NCBI RefSeq assembly: GCF_037042905.1
Contig: NC_087247.1
Coordinates: 60,822,001 to 60,886,000 of the forward strand
Direction of reading: 5' to 3'
DNA: 64,000 nt
Source of the DNA: Lytechinus pictus
Taxonomy: Eukaryota
The translations under genes were made by a program, and so were the position numbers. Below, piece by piece: positions 60,917 to 64,000 of this stretch (positions are counted from its first letter, which is position 1; every line of letters begins with the position of its first letter). The notes below the pieces were generated by a model. It saw nothing but the letters and a program-made list of their open reading frames with translations, did no database searches and was not told the origin of the DNA.

Positions 60917-61522
60917 GATCTTGTTTCTTGAATGGTCATTGAATTGAAGACTTTCCAGTAGAATAGCCTACTGACTTACAAACAAAAACAACACCGCAAA
61001 TACTAGATATTCGTTTGCATTTACCAAAATAAAGCTAAATGAATAAGTCCAGATAATGGTATTGAACTGAAATTATTCACCATGGGAGACTGTTCGCACC
61101 TGACCTTCTTGGATGTTGTGAAAGCAAAATTGTTAGATCTCGATTCTCGATATCATGCACGCACGTACGTACGTACGGTACGTACGATGGTTGGCCGCCG
61201 CCCCGCGTCGATATACCCATGGACCTACGACAAGAATTTCCGTGCGTGCAAAGAAATAAATGTGCAACGCAACGTGCCGTGCCGTGGCCCCCTTCGATCG
61301 ATAGACTCTCCTTATCTTAAAAAAATCCTCCAAGACTATATAGAGCAAGGTGTCAGCAGGGGCAAGTCCAGGATTTTCCAAGGGGGGGGGGGGGGAGGGA
61401 CAAATTTTCAAAAAAAAGGTACTCACTTGGGTCACTTGTGTATGAAAGACTTGTTCCCATACAAATATTTGCAATTACTCTCAATTAGGGGGGTGAGGCT
61501 CACATGTATGAAAGACATATTT

Positions 61523-62840
61523 TATGGAACGCGGAAAGGCTAAAATTTGATCACTGTCACTTTTGATTTGATGGACCTCCGTACCAGCCATCATCAAATC
61601 AAGTGCAGCCATCAGTAAATCAAAAGTGGCCATCATCATATCAATTTTCAGCATCATATCCCTCTGTACCAGCCATCATCAAATCAGTTTCTAACATCAA
61701 ATCAATGTTGTCCTTTCGGCGTTCCTGATGTGCGCGCCAAAAGGACACCTGTAAGTTGATGGCAGCCACTTTTTATTTGATGACGGTTACTTTTGACTTG
61801 ATGACGGCCACTTTTTATTTGATGACGGTTACTTTTGACTTGATGACGGCCACTTTTTATTTGATGACGGTTACTTTTGACTTGATGACGGCCACTTTTT
61901 ACTTGCTTTTTATTTGATGACGGTTACTTTTGACTTCATGACGGCCACTTTTGACTTGATGGCGGCTGCTTTTGATTCGATGATGGCTGCTTTTGATTTG
62001 ATGATGGCTGCTTTTGATTCGATAGTGGCCACTTTTGATTTGATGATGGCTGCTTCTGATTTGATGATGGTTGCTTTTGATTCGATAGTGGCCACTTTTG
62101 AACTGATGATGGCCACTTTAGATTTGATGATGGTCACTTTCAATTTTTTTATCGCTTTTCATTTGATGGTCACTTTTTGTTTGATGGTCACTTTTTATTT
62201 GATCACTTAATTTGATGGTCACTTTTTATTTGATGGTCACTTTTTATTTGATGGTCACTTTTCATTTGATGGTCACTTTTCATTTGATGGTCGCTTTTAA
62301 TTTGATGGGCACCTTTTATTTGATGATCACTTATTTGATGGTCACTTTTAATTTGATGGTCACTTTTAATTTGATGGTCACTTTTAATTTGATCATCAAT
62401 TCTTATTTGATGGTCACTTTTAATTTGATGGTCGCTTTTTATTTAATGGTCACTTTTTATTTGATGGTCACTTTAAATTTGATGGTCACTTTTTATTTGA
62501 TGGTCATTTTTTATTTGATGCTAACTTTTTATTTGATGCTCACTTTTAATTTGATGGTCGCTTTTTATTTGATGGTTATTTTTTATTTGATGGCTACTTT
62601 AAATTTGATGATCACTTTTTATTTGATGGTTACTTTTTATTTGATGCTCACTTTTCATTTTATGCTCATTTTTCATTTGATCGTCGCTTTTCATTTGATC
62701 ATCACAATTTAAGTTGATGGTTTCGGCATTCCATACATGGTCGCTTTATATTTGATGGTCGCTTTTCATTTGATCGTCGCTTTTATTTGATCGGCACTTT
62801 TCATTTGGTCGTCGCTTTTCATTTGATCATCACTTTTTAC
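61523..62840. repeat. 21/18-bp minisatellite, probably inside a TIR element
   Basis: (TTGATGACGGTTACTTTTGAC)n changes to (TTGATGGTCACTTTTTAT)n; bracketed by TATGGAACGCGGAA (61523) and TTCGGCATTCCATA (62722-62735). Confidence 0.9.
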
Positions 62841-62909
62841 AGTACGTGCGCATAAACGTGTCGCAGTGAGCATGCACTGAGCAAATCCTCATGTACCAGG
62901 CCCCCGAAG

Positions 62910-63155
62910 CTCCGCCATTTTGTCGGAGACATTTGGGCAAATCCTAAGCCCCCATTTGCATATGCATGAATAATTCACCAGTTCGCTGCTCCACACATCC
63001 CAATAGACTCTTTATATATGACAAAGCAGAAAGTGGAGATCAGCGTCACGCATGCGCATTGAGCGAGGTCAACTTTGCGTTAATTATTCATGAAATTTAA
63101 TATATTCATCACGTGATTAATCTACTTCTTACTAGTACTATTGACCAATCAGCGT
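62910..63155. promoter_or_regulatory. Cluster of promoter-type motifs about 2 kb upstream of the cubilin ATG
   Basis: YY1-like CCGCCATTTT 62912, octamer ATTTGCAT 62954, NRF1-like CGCATGCGCA 63049, E-box ATCACGTGAT 63108, CCAATC 63145. Confidence 0.4.
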
Positions 63156-63785
63156 TCTTCACTACAATGAGTCATCATGCATGCATCGTTTTTCAATCCG
63201 TGCATAGAATGCAGTTTACATGCAACGTACACCGCAGCCTGACACTTTTCTTAATCTTGTTTAACCTGGAGATGGGGGAGGGGGGGGGGGGGTGAATCAG
63301 CCTGTTTTTATCTTCTTTTTAACATCGGTGTAAATGAAAGGGGAAGATATTTACGAACTAGTTTATATCACAATAACAATACGCCAATATAAATAATAAC
63401 AATGTATTTCAGTTTGAACGTTTCACTTACTGGTTTTGTAATTTGGTTCTTTCATCTAAAAAAAAATACGACCTTTCTCTGCTGTTCTCCAGATCAGAAT
63501 CACTAGAGGCATGTTTCACATCGCAGTGTAATCGTTAGTAATGATATAGTAAAAACAAATTCTGAATCCAAAATTTCTTTAGAAAATAGGATTGGATTTA
63601 ATTAGAACCTATTTATTTTCTGTAATTAATTAATAGTGTGTTTTTTACGCTAAGCTTTTCCAATTATTGATAATGATCATTTAATTTTTTTTTTGCAGGG
63701 GGGGGGTAATCTAATTTCTTTGTGTTCACTCTTTTTAACAGCACAGATAAGTGACATGTCATTACCAAACTTCATCAGTTTCAGG

Positions 63786-63960
63786 CAGGGCGGATCTAGG
63801 ATTTTTCCAAAGGGGGGCACATTTTCTCAAGGAAAAATTTGAAAAGCAAAAAAAAGGGGGGTCTTCACTTTCAGAAGGGGGACACACTTTACATTACAAT
63901 TTTTAATTGAGCCTGTCAAATTGGGGGGGGGGGCGCACTGATCGGCTTTGCCCCCCCCCC
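63786..63960. mobile_element. Partial CAGGG-CGGATC hAT-like MITE
   Basis: CAGGGCGGATCTAGGATTTTTCCAAAGGGGGG; related starts at about 61357 and 54859-55095. Confidence 0.55.
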
Positions 63961-64000
63961 CCACACACACACACACTCTGATTGGCCTAATTTTTGTCTT

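Noticed and set aside
61082-61543. 153-aa plus-strand ORF as a divergent gene
   Set aside because: It runs through a (CGTA)n tract, a MITE-like end and poly-G, with no recognisable domain.
61910-62712. Hydrophobic repetitive ORFs (LMVTFY)n
   Set aside because: Artefacts of 18/21-bp repeat units.

Overview
AT-rich animal genomic DNA; the repeat content suggests a marine invertebrate deuterostome such as a sea urchin (inference). One gene spans nearly the whole window: cubilin (CUBN) on the minus strand. I traced 38 coding exons by hand, from the ATG at 60916 to 375. All introns are GT-AG and phase-consistent, giving about 6232 nt (about 2077 aa). The protein runs: signal peptide, RGKR furin-type site, N-terminal amnionless-binding-type region and coiled coil, 8 EGF repeats, then CUB1 to the first half of CUB14. 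The gene continues past the left edge. Introns are packed with mostly non-autonomous transposons, often nested: five TTAA-AG MITE families (Kolobok/T2-like), hAT-like elements, a Harbinger-like composite, Helentron-type elements, a Tc1/mariner remnant, L2/CR1 fragments, tRNA-derived SINEs and minisatellites. The most notable find is in intron 9: a perfect 74-bp hairpin flanked by (TA)n. It contains a complete minimal hammerhead-ribozyme motif, sense to the cubilin pre-mRNA, resembling a Penelope-like element end. All coordinates were read by eye, and no searches were run.
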